A stretch of 61,588 nucleotides of DNA, the filler included, from Sphacelaria rigidula (taxonomy: Eukaryota): the NCBI GenBank assembly GCA_964200075.2. It is 9 parts of 9 records of this genome, joined end to end, with 100 filler letters (N's around TTAATTAATTAA, not from the genome) between each part and the next. Parts side by side here need not be neighbours in the genome. Positions count along the whole stretch, not along the records: positions 20,566 to 27,320 come from CAXNAA020018240.1; positions 27,421 to 34,174 come from CAXNAA020018241.1; positions 34,275 to 41,028 come from CAXNAA020018242.1; 6 more parts are not named here. The stretch is one strand, 5' to 3'. Both the position numbers and the translations under genes were made by a program. Below the pieces are notes generated by a model. It made no database searches, was not told the DNA's origin, and saw only the letters and a list, made by a program, of their open reading frames with translations. This document shows positions 25,729 through 38,599 of the stretch, piece after piece. Numbering within the stretch: position 1 is the stretch's first letter; each line of letters opens with the position of its first letter.

Positions 25729-26929
25729 CTTGTTATATACACATAAACACACACGAAGAAAAGAAAGGCCCGAAAGTATCAAATAATGAACAACTAAAAA
25801 CAAAATGAACAAGAGGATACTGGGGAAAGGTCACGCTGTACGGGAACACTGCATAGAATCGCCCTACGGGTGGCAGATACTACCAAACACCCATTTACCA
25901 TCGATGAAGAGCGCGGTGGTAACGGCCACGCCACCGAACTATTCGCATGTTCGTTGGAAAAATCTCGATGAGTTTTCTTATGTTCTTGTTGAAAAAAGAA
26001 GGTGATTCTCGCGAATACAACATGCGCTTTCTCCTTTGTCGGTAGATGGACGTTGAAAAAGATCACGACCCTGCGGGCTTTATGTGTGGTACTGACGGTA
26101 TGTATGTTAAGGCGAAACCAAGGTGGCGGGGAAGAAGCCATTTCATGTGGCGAAGAGGGGGGGCATGAACAAGCGCCAATCAAACTACACATGACATCGT
26201 TGCCGAGATACTCGTCGCCAACTTGTAGAGAAACACCACGACAAAAAAACAGGTGTACATTACTCGTACCATCAACGTGAAAGACGTGTGCCGATTTGTC
26301 AATAGAGCCGGATAAGCAGTTCTGGCAGCTTACCAGAGCAATTCTGATTCCCAGTTTTTAGACGGCAACCAAATGGTATGCTGTGTGTTTGTCGAACAGA
26401 CAGTGCACGCTACTCTACATAAAGTAAAAAAACGCGATATTTTCGTTGTGGGTTTTCGAGTAGTGTGTACTGTTGTTTTGTGGTGCTTTTCCTGTTATGC
26501 CTAGTATATTCGTAAACATGGCTGTCCCTCTAGAGGTACAAGGATAGAACCCTGCGATTCTTATCGCAATGGCTGGTGATCTTGGTCCTTGAGTTTGGCT
26601 CCCTTCCTGTTTGGCTTCGCGTGTTGAGTTGACCAATCGGCCCTGCCCCCAGCAAAGGCTCTTACAGACTGGAATACGTTATTCACCGCCCCCGATTCCC
26701 AAAAACCTCATTCTGGGCGACGGCTGGGGGGGGTACCCCATTTTGGATGGGTAGGTACCCCCCTGATCAGATGGATAATGACGATAGTAGGTACTGTACT
26801 GTGCAGCGTGTGCATCAACGGCTTTTCCCGGCTTGCGCCAGGCTTGTGTACAAGCTGTGTATGCTATGGCTGCACGGCAGGTGGTGGGGGTACGTCGAAC
26901 CTTGGCTCAGCAACGTCTGTGTCTGTGTC

Positions 26930-27136
26930 TGTGTTGTCGTCCCATTTGTTCTGGACGCCAGCCTACACCTTTCGGTATATATGGGCGCACGAGCCGGGGT
27001 CACACAGGAGGAAGGCCAACACAGGAGTTTTTCCTTTTTCTTTTGTTTTAGTTCTATACCTTCCTGCTGCGGTGCTTCCCTTATTTTTCTTTTATCGACA
27101 GGGGGGTTCAGCACTCCCTTTCCCTCGTCGACCGTG
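26930..27136 (-). mobile_element. Second, 5'-truncated copy of the SINE-like repeat at 23957
   Basis: Reverse complement aligns to 24110-24315. Confidence 0.7.
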
Positions 27137-27420
27137 AGGTCGAATTTAATTGGAACCTATTATGCCAGCACGAAAAAAGAATACAGAACCGTGACTTGTT
27201 GGCTACTTTCTTTAGCGACACCATCTTCACGAGATTCTCATTTGTCGCTTCTACCTGTGTTGCTGTGCAGTATGCCGACCTTTAGAGATTGCCCCTCAAC
27301 AGCTGTTCGGACGCGAGCACNNNNNNNNNNNNNNNNNNNNNNNNNNNNNNNNNNNNNNNNNNNNTTAATTAATTAANNNNNNNNNNNNNNNNNNNNNNNN
27401 NNNNNNNNNNNNNNNNNNNN

Positions 27421-28030
27421 CATGAAAATGTCACATCATTCAATGCCACTTTTGTCCAACACCACGGCTACGTCCTGCAGTCACATCATATCACAGGGCA
27501 ATTCTGTCCATTTACGTCCTCTTCCACTCCACCACTGATAACCTCTTCCTTCTTTTGGTAGGTCCAGGTCTCCCACCCGAAATCATAGTTTTAACGTTTT
27601 CGCCGCCTTCATGGGGCCATGCAGACATCCCGATCCCCTCTCTCAGACGCCCGTATATCTCCAGGTGTTCTTCCTCGTGTACTGCGTTTGAGCGCTCCTT
27701 TCCCCCGTATTTCAATCATGTCTCTTACTTTTGTCTTGTGCCCTGCGTCTTTATCTATGGTCAGTGTTTTGTCTCAGTTTCCTCCTATTTCCTTCCAAAC
27801 TTTCTCGACTTCTCTATCCCACCTTATAGCACGCCCTTTCGTCGTTTCCTTCCGTACAGCTTTATCAACTATAGCTGGCACTGTCTTTCTCTGCGTGTTC
27901 TTTACGCTATATCGCCATCGCAATTTTCTCATGTCTCTGTTTGTTTCATCGATTGTTCTGCTTCGCATTGCAGTTCCAATTTTCCTATCTTTTCCAACAG
28001 ATGGAGGTGTGGAGCTAGTACGACGCTCAG
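27421..28030 (-). mobile_element. LINE ORF2 C-terminal fragment
   Basis: Broken, lysine/arginine-rich frames RKLRWRYSVKN...PAIVDKAV and EEHLEIYGRLREGIGM resemble the post-RT region of LINE ORF2. Confidence 0.55.
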
Positions 28031-28319
28031 GCAGTACTGAACAGACGGACATGCACAGTCTACCGAAGATGCTCGAACACCTGCGAGTTGGTTATATAAT
28101 CTATGGTTGATTAGGAATGATCAAAATGAGTTATGAGGTCGTATCTTAATTACGGTGTTTACGAAGATCAAATTCGGGTCAGGACTTGGACTTTGTAGTT
28201 CCCCCGAAGTCTAAAGTCAGTCCAAAGTCCGATGGCTGCATTTCGCTCGGTTTGGACTTTTGATAGGAGATTCTATTGGCCAACAGGCGTGACGTGTAAC
28301 GTGTAACCGTCCTCCCGAC

Positions 28320-30610
28320 AACACACACCACACCAGCCACCTCGCTGCTCGCGCAAGCACCAGAGCACACGCCCAGAACATGGCGAATCAACTGGTGATG
28401 GTGTGGCTGAGGTGTACTTTTTTAGGTCAGCACAGCAACATATGCTCAAAGAAATAGTACTTTGAGCACAACTTGACACAGACAGCGATTGGCGTGACGT
28501 GTATCCGGTTTGCATAGAAGTTGTTGCAAACCAAGACAGTCATTTTGATCACGAAAAATGAATCACGTGGGCAGAAACGACGTACGTTTTACTCGTGGCC
28601 TGTCTTTGCCACCTGCCTGACCCCTCTTGTGTTGCCAACATAGCTTCACCATACTGTAGTGGGTTGATGTGGAACACTAAGTAGAGACACCAGTAGTGTG
28701 TAGTAGACTGTGTTCAGTGCAGAACGATGCACGCTCACTGTTTCTTGCTGCTGAGCCCAGCGCAGATATACAACTGATGCTGACTTTGTCCGCACTTGAA
28801 GTGCGGGTGGGTGTAAAGTCGTGAGGATTCCTCCTGTAGTATTTTCTCTATATTTGCGGAGCATCCAGGCAAACCCTAGGTAACAGACAGTATTACAGTA
28901 GTTCGTATTGTGAAGTGTATTATCCGTGTTCAGTCCCAAACTAAGTATGATTCCTCCAACAGGCGATAAAAAATTTGGTGCCTCCACGACAACTGTTCGG
29001 GCACTCTCGAGCGCCCATCGCACCGTGATCGTCGTAGAGTGCTTAGATGCACAACAACACAGCGAAAATCTACAGCATATAAATGGTGGGTTTGGGAATC
29101 CTCTTGTTCGTTTAACTCGAGAAGAAATATCCAATACACGATGAAGGTGTCAACAGGAACAGTGTCTAGAGGGCACTACGTGTTGACAGCATGATTTTTC
29201 GAGGAGACGAACGCCACAACAGTGACAAAACAACTCACGCAGCCAGTCCCAGCGGAGACCACACCGTCTTCGAAAAAAACTGGAGACACCACAGCGCAGA
29301 GACAGCTACAGCACAAGAGACAACGCATGAGTGTGTTTGTGCTGCAGCGTAGTGATATAGGACATGTCTCATGTGATAGTTTTCCCCCTGATTTCGGATG
29401 AGCTCGATGTTGCCCGAATGACGGCTTACAAACGCTGGGCCATAATTGCGCGATCATCGCCGAGCGTTCAAAAATTGGCACTCGGCGAAAAAATGAGGAC
29501 CCGTCTGAAATGGGGGGAAGAACTACTACATGGGACATCAAGGCAGACGGCTCCTGTCATCAAACGCTTGGGATAGAGCGGCTCTTTGCTGGCTCAGTTT
29601 GTTCGCCCCGACGTGCACGCGCCCGCGTTGCGTGTCTTCTCCGATCCCAGCACCCGACTATAGCTGAAGTACGGACGGGGACGCAACAGACAGCTGCACA
29701 GTCGTCCGTCACGTGATCGTTTCATCGTTTCACCTTTGTGTACAGACAGTAAAGTAGCTAGTGTATAGCCCTTTGATCTCACTCCACTGTTGTGCTTACC
29801 GGAACACCGCATGCAGCACTACAACTGTTTAGGCCCTATCCAGGGCACATCACACCGTGTCCGTGGTAGAGTGTTCAAATGCACAACAGCACAGCGACAA
29901 CTACAGCATAGAAACGATGGGTGTGCGAAGCGCCTTGTTCGTTTCATGGAAGACGAAACAGCCAACACACAACAGACAACAGTTGTGTGTAGATAGCACT
30001 GCGTACCGAAAGCATATTTTCCCTCATTTTCTGTAAAAGAACCAATACAGTCACAGTCATAAGGCAACTGACGCAATCCCAGCGGACACCAAACCGTCTT
30101 CGTGAAGGTCCGACCACACCACGCCACACCACAACAGTGATAGCTACAGCACATGAGAGAGAGCGTGAGTATGTATGTTTGTGCTGCAGCACGGTGAAAT
30201 AGAAAATGTCCCATGTCATACTTCTTCCCCTCATTTTAGACGGATCCTCAATTTTTGCCGAGTTCCAATGTTGGAACGCTCGGCCATGATCGTGCTTCTC
30301 GCAAAATTCTTGCAATTCACCTTGAGTTACCCTGATATGTAAGAGGTGAGTAAAAAAACGTCTCCTACTGTATGTCATGCTTGCTCCCTTCCCGTGCGCT
30401 GAACGTTCGTGCAAGCCGTATGCACGTCGCGTTTTTTTTATGTTGTTCGAGCTACCCGCTGTCTGTGTCAAGTTGTGCTCAACACTCGTTCTGTGTGCAT
30501 CATTTATGCTGCTGTGCTGACGACAACAAAACACCGCTGTCACACCAACGGTTCTCGGCGTGTGGCCCGGTGTGCGCCCTACGCGCGATGATGGAGCTGG
30601 TGTGAGGTGT
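28320..30610. repeat. 2.3-kb composite repeat: diverged ~180-bp inverted ends plus an internal ~450-bp direct duplication
   Basis: GTCAGCACAGCARCAT...TGAGCACAACTTGACACAGACAGCG at 28426-28490 (+) and ~30455-30525 (-). 29000-29450 resembles 29840-30300. Confidence 0.6.
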
Positions 30611-31770
30611 GCCGGGGGAACGGAAAACCCTTCGGGCCTTTCGGCCAATAGCATGTATATCTAAAATACCAAGTCGAGGGAAGACCAGCATGGTCTTTTG
30701 GCTGTGGGCTTTGGGGGCAAATGTGCCCCCCAGACCAGAGTTATCTTAACCGTAATGCGGACTTGGGATCGTTGACCAATAGGAAAGCCCGAGCCCAAGA
30801 CCCAAATTTGTGCCGTGTTGTCTGGTGTTGAGTTTAGTACTCTGCACTTCATATACCACTGCAGAGTTGTCTTGTGCTAAGTGACCACCCTGTACTCAAG
30901 TTCATGGGGTCATCTTTTGAGCGATGCTTGAAAAGTTGTGCTCGTTTTTCTGTCACAGAAATCCAATACCGGATCTGGAATAGCCTGAGACAACAACCAA
31001 TTTGAAAATTGGAATGTGAGCACATTCCCAACTCTGCTCTCAGTGCGGTATCACTCGTCGTTTTCGAGCATCCAAGTATCTTTTTAGCTGCTGTCATCTG
31101 TACTGTTCCTAACATCTTCACCAACTTCACTTTTCGCTCTCATACTTTTCCTGCATATTCCAGCTTTGGTACGATTACGTTCATCAGGATACATCTTTTG
31201 ATCCTAGGGTCTAGGTGCGGGCTTCTGAGGATCACGTCCATTTTACCTGTCTGTGCCTTACCCTTCTCTATTATTTTGTTCATGTGTGCACCCCAAGAAC
31301 GGTGTTTCGAGATCTCCACGTCAAGGGATGTATAATGGTCTACGATCGGCGGTTCCTCTTCTCCCCACTTGCAGTTGAACTCTACCGGATTTTTCTTATC
31401 TTCGTTACAGACGAGTACTACCGCGCATTTGCTGACATTCGCTGTCAATCTCCATTCTCTAGTGTATTATAGCGCCTCCTTTAACTGTTTCTGCAGTCCT
31501 TCCAGTGATTGTGATATCCCCACAAAATCGTCCGCGAACATCAAACCTGATACCATATCTCCCCCAACCTCGACTCCTTGCTCTGCTGCTTTTATTGCTA
31601 TCATCAAGCCATTGATAAATACTTTGAGCAAAGTGGGTGGTGACGTACATCCTTGTGCAACTTCTTGTAAAATATCAAAATGTTTCGATACTACCCCGTC
31701 TAGCGTCATGGTATTTTTCGCACATTCTGTCATCTTCTTCACCACTCTCCACACCTTTGCTCTGATCCTA

Positions 31771-32000
31771 GTGTAATGTGCGAGAGGACCGCGTGCTTAG
31801 AGGACCGCGCCGTAGTTAAAAAAAACGCAGGATCGATTGTTTTCAAACCCAATCGGGCCAGTCCCTGCAGGTACCACGCCTCTGACCATAACCCCCCACT
31901 AACCCTAACCCTAACCCTAACCCTAACCCTAACCCTAACCATAGGGGTGTTTAAATTCCGATGCGGTCCTCTAAGCACGAGGTCCTCTCACGCATTACAT
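31771..32000 (-). mobile_element. MITE with internal telomeric repeats (copy 2), TA TSD
   Basis: TA at 31769-31770 and 32001-32002; about 6-7 CCCTAA units inside. Removal restores LINE codons KLWGTRIRAKVW. Confidence 0.92.
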
Positions 32001-33178
32001 TAGTTCCCCACAATTTTCTCCGCAGCCCATTTCTCCATACTGTGTCATACGCCTTTTGTAAGTCCAATATGAAACAGTACGCTGTCAGCCCGGCGTCTTT
32101 CCCATCTGGAATAACCTTACCTAGTGTGTACACATGGTCTACGCAACTGTGGTTCGGCATCGTTCCTACTCTTTCGTTCAGAATCTTACAGAATGCTTTC
32201 CCTACTGTGCTCAGTAGCGTTATCGCTCTATAGTTCCCTGGGTATCAGCCTTGCCTCCTTTTTTGAAACGATTGACTACGACCCCTTCTCGCCATCTCTT
32301 GGGTGTTTACTCGTTCTACCATATCCAGTTATACAGCATAATCATCATGGTAATCATTCCCTCTCCTCCGTACTTCAGAAATTGATTTACTGTTTCGGCT
32401 GCCTCTGCTGCCTTTTTTGTTTTTGAGTGTAGCCACGCACTCCTTTACTTCATCTCTGGCAAATTCTCTCTGCAATTTTTTCAAGCCCCTATCCTCCCGT
32501 TTCGACGTATCTAAATTTGCTTCTGCCCACTCGTTGATCTCTTTCTCGAGTTCTATGTCGAACCCCGTGGTTGTTTTTGGCGTTCCTAGTCTACGGTAGT
32601 GCTCGACTAGCACTTCTCTCTTCCCGTTCGAACTACTGACCATTTTACCGTTCTGTGCCTGGAGTGTAGCTCTCCCCTTGTCCATCTGTCCTACCTTTAT
32701 TTTTCGTCATCTTTTTTATCTCTACCCATATTTGTTCTATCCCGCCATCGAAATCCCCATTCCTTTTTCTCACTACACATTCTCATACTCCCTTCTTTTT
32801 CTGATGTACCATCTTTTTTACTTCCTTTCTAGTTTTAGTACACTCATCCCATCCTGCCGTACTTTTGCTCGATATGCATCTCGCGTGGGCCTCTCTCCTT
32901 ACTCTGACAGCCTCTTTCACTTCCTCATCCCACCATTGTGCTGCTCTGTTGCATACGATCGGTTCCCCCTAGGACCTTACTCGCTGTGTTCTTGACCAAG
33001 TGCTCTCATCCTCCCATCATCTTCGCTCCCGCCCGATTCCTTTCCATTTTGGTATCAACTGTATCTACGCGTTTAAAAAGCTTGGAAAAGTTCTCTGTAT
33101 TTTGGGCAATCTCTTCTTGGAACCCTTGCTGTTTTTCTTCCATATCTAACTGATCGATTCTCCATTATTTGTACAACT

Positions 33179-33622
33179 AACACGGGATCTTACAAATTGG
33201 GAATGGATCTTTTATTGGGGATGACAAACCCGGAGAATTAAAATCTTCGTATGCACATCAAATCTTCGGAATATGGTTCCATTTCTTCTCCTACTGATAG
33301 CTAATGACAACTGCGACACGCCATAGAAATTTGGATTTCGACAACCGAAATTTCGGGGTCCTAGGTGGAAAACCAATTTCGGAACCATTTTGGCGCCCGT
33401 TCGGACACCCGGAATTCCGGAAACCTGGTTTTTCACCTAGGATCCCAACATTTCGGTGATCGAAATTCGAATTTATATGGCGTGTAGCAGTTGTCAACAG
33501 CTATCAGTAGGTGAAGAAATGAAACCATATTTCGGAGGTTTGGTGTGGATACGAAGATTTCAATTCTCCGGGTTTCTCATTCCCAATAAAAGACCCATCC
33601 CCAATTTGTAAGATCCCGTGTC
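33179..33622. mobile_element. 444-bp palindromic MITE (copy 1), 4-bp TSD AACT
   Basis: ~200-bp inverted arms CACGGGATCTTACAAATTGGG...CCCAATTTGTAAGATCCCGTG; AACT at 33175-33178 and 33623-33626. Confidence 0.9.
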
Positions 33623-34274
33623 AACTGCCTAGAGGGAAATGTACCAATTAAGATACAGAGCCAATTAAGAAACAAGTTTGTTTAATCATTCATATCTCCG
33701 CGAAATTTGAACCGTTTTCCGTTCTGTTTTTTTCTGCGTGTGCACAAAAGCATGGCGCTTTGTTTGAGCTGTTGTATGTGTCTCAAGCATACGATTACGT
33801 AGTCTTACAGCACTGCGAGTAAGCGCGTATGTGTCATCCTCCAAAATCAGCTTTTGGTCGATCGGCTGCTAAGCATGCAGAAAGCAGAACGTGCAGCACA
33901 GGCCGTATAAGCGGTACACAGCGGTCGTCCTTGCTTCCGTGCTGCAGCTACGACCTTTGACATCTCCGTCGGTGCACTTCAGAAGCGTATGAGTGGTAGC
34001 GTGGGCATAGCTGGCAGGGGTGTTCCACACACTGCACTGACGACCGAGAAAGAACACTTCATCAAAGATACGCTCAAGTTTGCCAAGATACAAGTTCTTT
34101 CAATCGTCCATAACTCCGCGAAATATTTATCGTTTTCCATTCTGTCTTTTGCTGCGTGTGCACAAACGCACGGCNNNNNNNNNNNNNNNNNNNNNNNNNN
34201 NNNNNNNNNNNNNNNNNNTTAATTAATTAANNNNNNNNNNNNNNNNNNNNNNNNNNNNNNNNNNNNNNNNNNNN

Positions 34275-36560
34275 AGAGCACTTTGCAGAGTTCGGCCTTG
34301 ATTTCCTCGCCCTTTTGCGCGATTCGGATGAAATCCCGCACCACCGCTTTATTGATCGAGAAGCGGTCGAACAATACCGTCATCACCGCCGCGCAGTACA
34401 CAACCTTGGCGGAGACCCTGATGTACATTGAATCACTCAGATGTCTCGCCGCTGTCAAGGCGCACGCATGCCCGCATGCCGTCATGGAATTGGCAGATGA
34501 TGAGAATCACCTTGGCGGGTATACCGTAGCGTGCTGGAACTTTCCAGAGAAAAGAACGGTCCACTGAGTCGTACGCTTTTTGGAGGTCGATAAAGCACTT
34601 ATACAGGGGAACATTCTTCTCTTGGGCCAGTTCTTGGAGTCCGCGTACAACGAACATAATGTCGACTGTGGAACGGCCAGTTCGGAAACCGCATTTCGCA
34701 TCTGGGAGGATTCCCTTCCACTCGCAGTAGGCACTGAGGCGAGTCGCAACTATCTTGAGTACCACCTTGCCCGCGTGGGACCCGAGAGAAATACCGCGGT
34801 AGTTGCCGCATTCGTACGGGTCCTGTGTTTCCCACTCTTGCGGTACAACTTCCTGACGCCACACGGTGAGCACGATGTCGTGGAGGTACTTCAGGATGGC
34901 AGAGTCCTCGGTGCGACCAAGGTTCAATAGTTCGCCACAGATGTCGTCCGTCCCAACGGCCTTACCGTTCGCCAGTTTACCCACCGCTTGCTTCACTTCT
35001 GCCATCGAGGGCTCCGCCGCGAGCGATGTGTGCCCTGGCAGCTGTTCGATGAGATCGATGACAAAGTGATCGATTGTAGGTGAGGTTACGTTCAGCAGTA
35101 TGTCGAACCATTCCTTCCATCGTTGCAGGATAGCTTGTTCGTCCCGCAACAGCTCGCCAGTCGCGCTCCGGACGTGAATGAGTCGCTCTGCTTCTTTCAT
35201 TCCAGTTCCAAGGACTCGATATGCTGGTGCAGTCCTGCTTGATCCTCCTTGCGAACAAAGTCTGCGGTCCGGACTGTCGACTCGTGGACGAAATGCTGCA
35301 GCTCAGCATTCTTCGCCCCCTTGAACGCCTCGTCCGCCACCTTCAGCGCCTTCTTCAGGACAGTTTCTCTGAGGCTTGCTCGTTGTTTTGTCCATACACT
35401 TTCCCGGAGATCCCATGTCTTCTGGAGGCGGTCCTGAGCTCGAGATGACTCACTGAAACCTGTAGGTTGGGTTTTATTGGGAGCATCGAGTTAATGTATT
35501 CGCGGCCGTCTGTCGCAGGGCGTCGGCAAAGGTAGATGTCATGTGGGTGACGTTCGTCACTGCGGGGGAATCAGTGGCATTCGGGACCTAACGAGAATGG
35601 CCTGTGCAACGGTAGCTCTCCAGTTTCGGTCGGATGCGAGGGCTTGGCGGTCGAAACGCACTCCCCTATTCCCGCCAGTCGCGGTTGCCAGTCGGGGGCG
35701 TTCCGTCCAAGGAGACGGATGACGGCAGAGACCAGATGATCCGATTTCATCTCGGGGTGCACCGTGACATTTCGGACGAGTCTGCGGTCTGCTGAAGTAC
35801 AAAGATGTTGTCCAGGTGCCAGCGGTGTTCGACCTTCGGCCCCGTATATGTGTACGCGGTCGAGCCTTCCCCGCGAATTGGTGTGCGAAAAAAAATGTGT
35901 TTGTGGTGTTTGTGATGGTCATTTTGTTTCCCACGGCGCATTTTAGGAGGCGCCTACCATTAACGTTCCGGGTGTTTTTGCCATACTTTCCCAACACCCG
36001 AGCGTCATCCAGGCCTCCTGCTCTCTCCTGCTTTTTTCTTTCCGATACAAGCATTGGCATCCATCATTAGTACCAGGTGCTCGTTGGTGGGCACTTCAGC
36101 GATGGAAGTACCGAGATTTTTCCAGTCTCAGTAGGAGCATATCCTACAATGAAGGTTGTGACAACTCTATTTCGGAAAGCTACTCGTACCTTCAGGACCC
36201 TGGCACTCACGTGTTCAGGAGTGATGGCATCTGGACCTAGTGTGTTGGCGATAGACTCCTTAATGGCAAGGCCGAATCCGAGCATTCCCGGTTTCCCCCC
36301 GTCTCCATGGCAGTGGCTGCTGCAGTGAACTATGTAGCCCGCCGTCGGTGTGTGGAAGGTTGTTCGTCCATCGCGACGGGTTTCTTGGAGGTCGACGAAA
36401 TCACGGTTGTACTTGGATGCAAAAGCAGTAGGTACTATGCGTGGCCTGTACCGTTGGAACCTCTCTCGGCCATGGTGCGTACATTCCACGTGGCCACCAC
36501 AAGCTCTTTGGATCGAGCCTCTGCCCTTGCGGCAGTACGATTCGCGTGAGCCTGAACATT
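34275..36560 (-). mobile_element. Decayed RTE-like LINE: APE endonuclease plus RT
   Basis: LVVATWNVRTM, LQETRR, IVGYAPT and SDH (APE); NYRGISLGSHAGKV, CFIDLQKAYDSVDR, QFHDGMRACV and GLRQGCV (RT). Frameshifted. Confidence 0.93.
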
Positions 36561-37578
36561 GTCGGCTCGCTGAGCTAGTCTTTCCCTCCTCCTCTTCCTT
36601 CGTTTTTTTCTGCCCCTTTCTTTCTGGTGTTTGATCCAGCGTTTGTGTGCTACAATCCTCCGTTTCCACGCACTCTTCCGCCCACGCTGGCTCATGCCTG
36701 TCTGTTCCTGCGTGAGGTTCAGCGGATCTCGCACACGTCGATCTCCACCAAGTCGACCTTTATGTCAACACGCACGCCGCTCTCCGCTCTCAGAGCTACG
36801 GCAACAATGCTTTCGGCGATGGCGATGAGTAGTCGGATCAGCGGGCCCTTCCGGCAGGGGCAGTGCGTGGTCCGATATCATCGCCATGTAGCAGCACGTT
36901 CACGGGTGGTCAACACCGTACGGTGCGGGCGGGGGCGCTTGCGCAAAGGGCATTCAAACCCATCCCACCGTGGTACGTAGCACTTGAATACTGTATTAGG
37001 AGTTGATCTCCGCACAAGCCGAGTGTTGTACTCTTCCAGTGATGTCTGCCTTAGCTGACCACCCGGTGACCGCGGTCCGCGTCTACCACCGAAAAGGTAC
37101 CGACTGTATCACGGGTGATACCACCGTATGGCTTGCACGAGCAGGGGTACATGGGATGCGGGGTAACCCAGCTACCGCACGGGCTTGATACGAAGTACAT
37201 TGACTGGATATCACAGATACTCCGTACTAGCCAAGTTGCTGCGTGTTTCCAAGGGAAAGTGGAGTTATCGTGGGCGTGGAATATCCGTTGGTGAAAATGA
37301 GCGCTCCTGGCCCTCGTTATCCGAAGGCATGGTGACTGAAAGGAGATATGGAGCCCGTGAAATGACACTCTCGAAGACTACGTCGTTGTCACAAACGAAC
37401 AAGCGTTCATTCGGCGAAAAGCGGCAAAACCAAACTGGTGATGCAAGCGGGGTACAGAGAACCGCTTCGTGTTCCGCCTTCATGCTGTCCACTTTCGTGT
37501 ACCTGCCGTGCCTACGTGATCTTACACTGTCCGTGTACATGTCGCGCGTTTCATGTTTTGTCGTCGCCCAACGGTCAG

Positions 37579-37653
37579 ATTGAAATTGAGGACACAGCGG
37601 CAGCCGAAATCACGACCGTGCAACAAGCTGTGGACTTCATTGGCAAGCAGTGA
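37579..37653 (+). CDS. Acyl carrier protein, last exon
   Basis: CAG acceptor then IEIEDTAAAEITTVQQAVDFIGKQ*, matching the ACP C-terminus (IEIPDEEAEKITTVQDAIDYI). The exon with the phosphopantetheine serine was not found in this contig. Confidence 0.85.
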   Translation: MEIEDTAAAEITTVQQAVDFIGKQ

Positions 37654-38599
37654 AGCATCAGTCGACACCGGAGAGCCGACGCCAGGCTCACAGACCAGCC
37701 AGGCACCAAGCATGCCAATACCCAGACCGGGCTGATGAGTGCACATGGCGTTCCTTGAATAAGAGTAGACTATGCGTCAATCAGCTAGCGTTATTGGTCG
37801 ATAACCGGCCATACCGTAGTGTCCCATTTTCAAGAATGTTTTCAATTACCGGCATGGGTTTGGAGTACAACACTGACATGCCGGGCGCTGGTTGACGTCG
37901 GGTCAGCCGTCGTTCGGTTAGTGATTCAGATTGACGTGGCACTGTTTTTATCAAAAGGTGGGAAAACTCCGCGCGAATATTTATTTTACGAATATGACTT
38001 GTGCACAATCCACGACATGCATGTGCAGGGAACACGCGTGGGAGCACGGAGATATAGCGTGCAGGATTCCCAAGGTGGTGTATCGATAGGTGGTCCGTTG
38101 CTGTCAGATTTACTGTGCTGCAATACTCTAAAACGTAGCGATTCTGCCCCGTGTTCCGTTCCTCCAGTTGTTTCGCTCGGAGGGTTGGTGAGGACAGAAG
38201 GGATAACGTGAAGCCTCGAGGCAATGTCCCCCACACGTATGACGGACGCGGCACTTTTTAGTCAAATTTGCGTAGAGTCCGTTTATTTCGGCGCCGTGTG
38301 CCCTTTGGAGGGGCCTAAAATTCGTGGCTACACTGGTGTAGGCGGTTGATGTACTGTCCGTACTGTCCAGTTCTGGCACCTAGAAGGTAGTCACGTCGGT
38401 TCAGCCACGATGGTTTATGCCCAAACTGGCCATTTTAGCCTGTGATTCGTTAGTGCAAAACACGGAGAATGCCCTCAGTTCCCGTGCCCACCGATCTACG
38501 TATTACGGCTGTGAGAGGTTGCAGCCTCTCGTACTATGATATCGGCGTGTGTCGTTTCCAGCCCACTGTCGCTCGAGGGAAACCTCTGCGGGTGGCGTG

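Larger units (their letters stand above)
31020..33640 (-). mobile_element. Decayed LINE ORF2 (linker plus RT), interrupted by two MITEs
   Basis: SCVDHVYTLGKVI, CFILDLQKAYDTVWRNGL, VAQGCTSPPTL, GLMFADDFVGIS and VIVPKLEYAG motifs; same family as 20680-22702. Confidence 0.92.

Noticed and set aside
31909..31950. True telomere or chromosome end
   Set aside because: Short array inside a TIR element with LINE sequence continuing on both sides.
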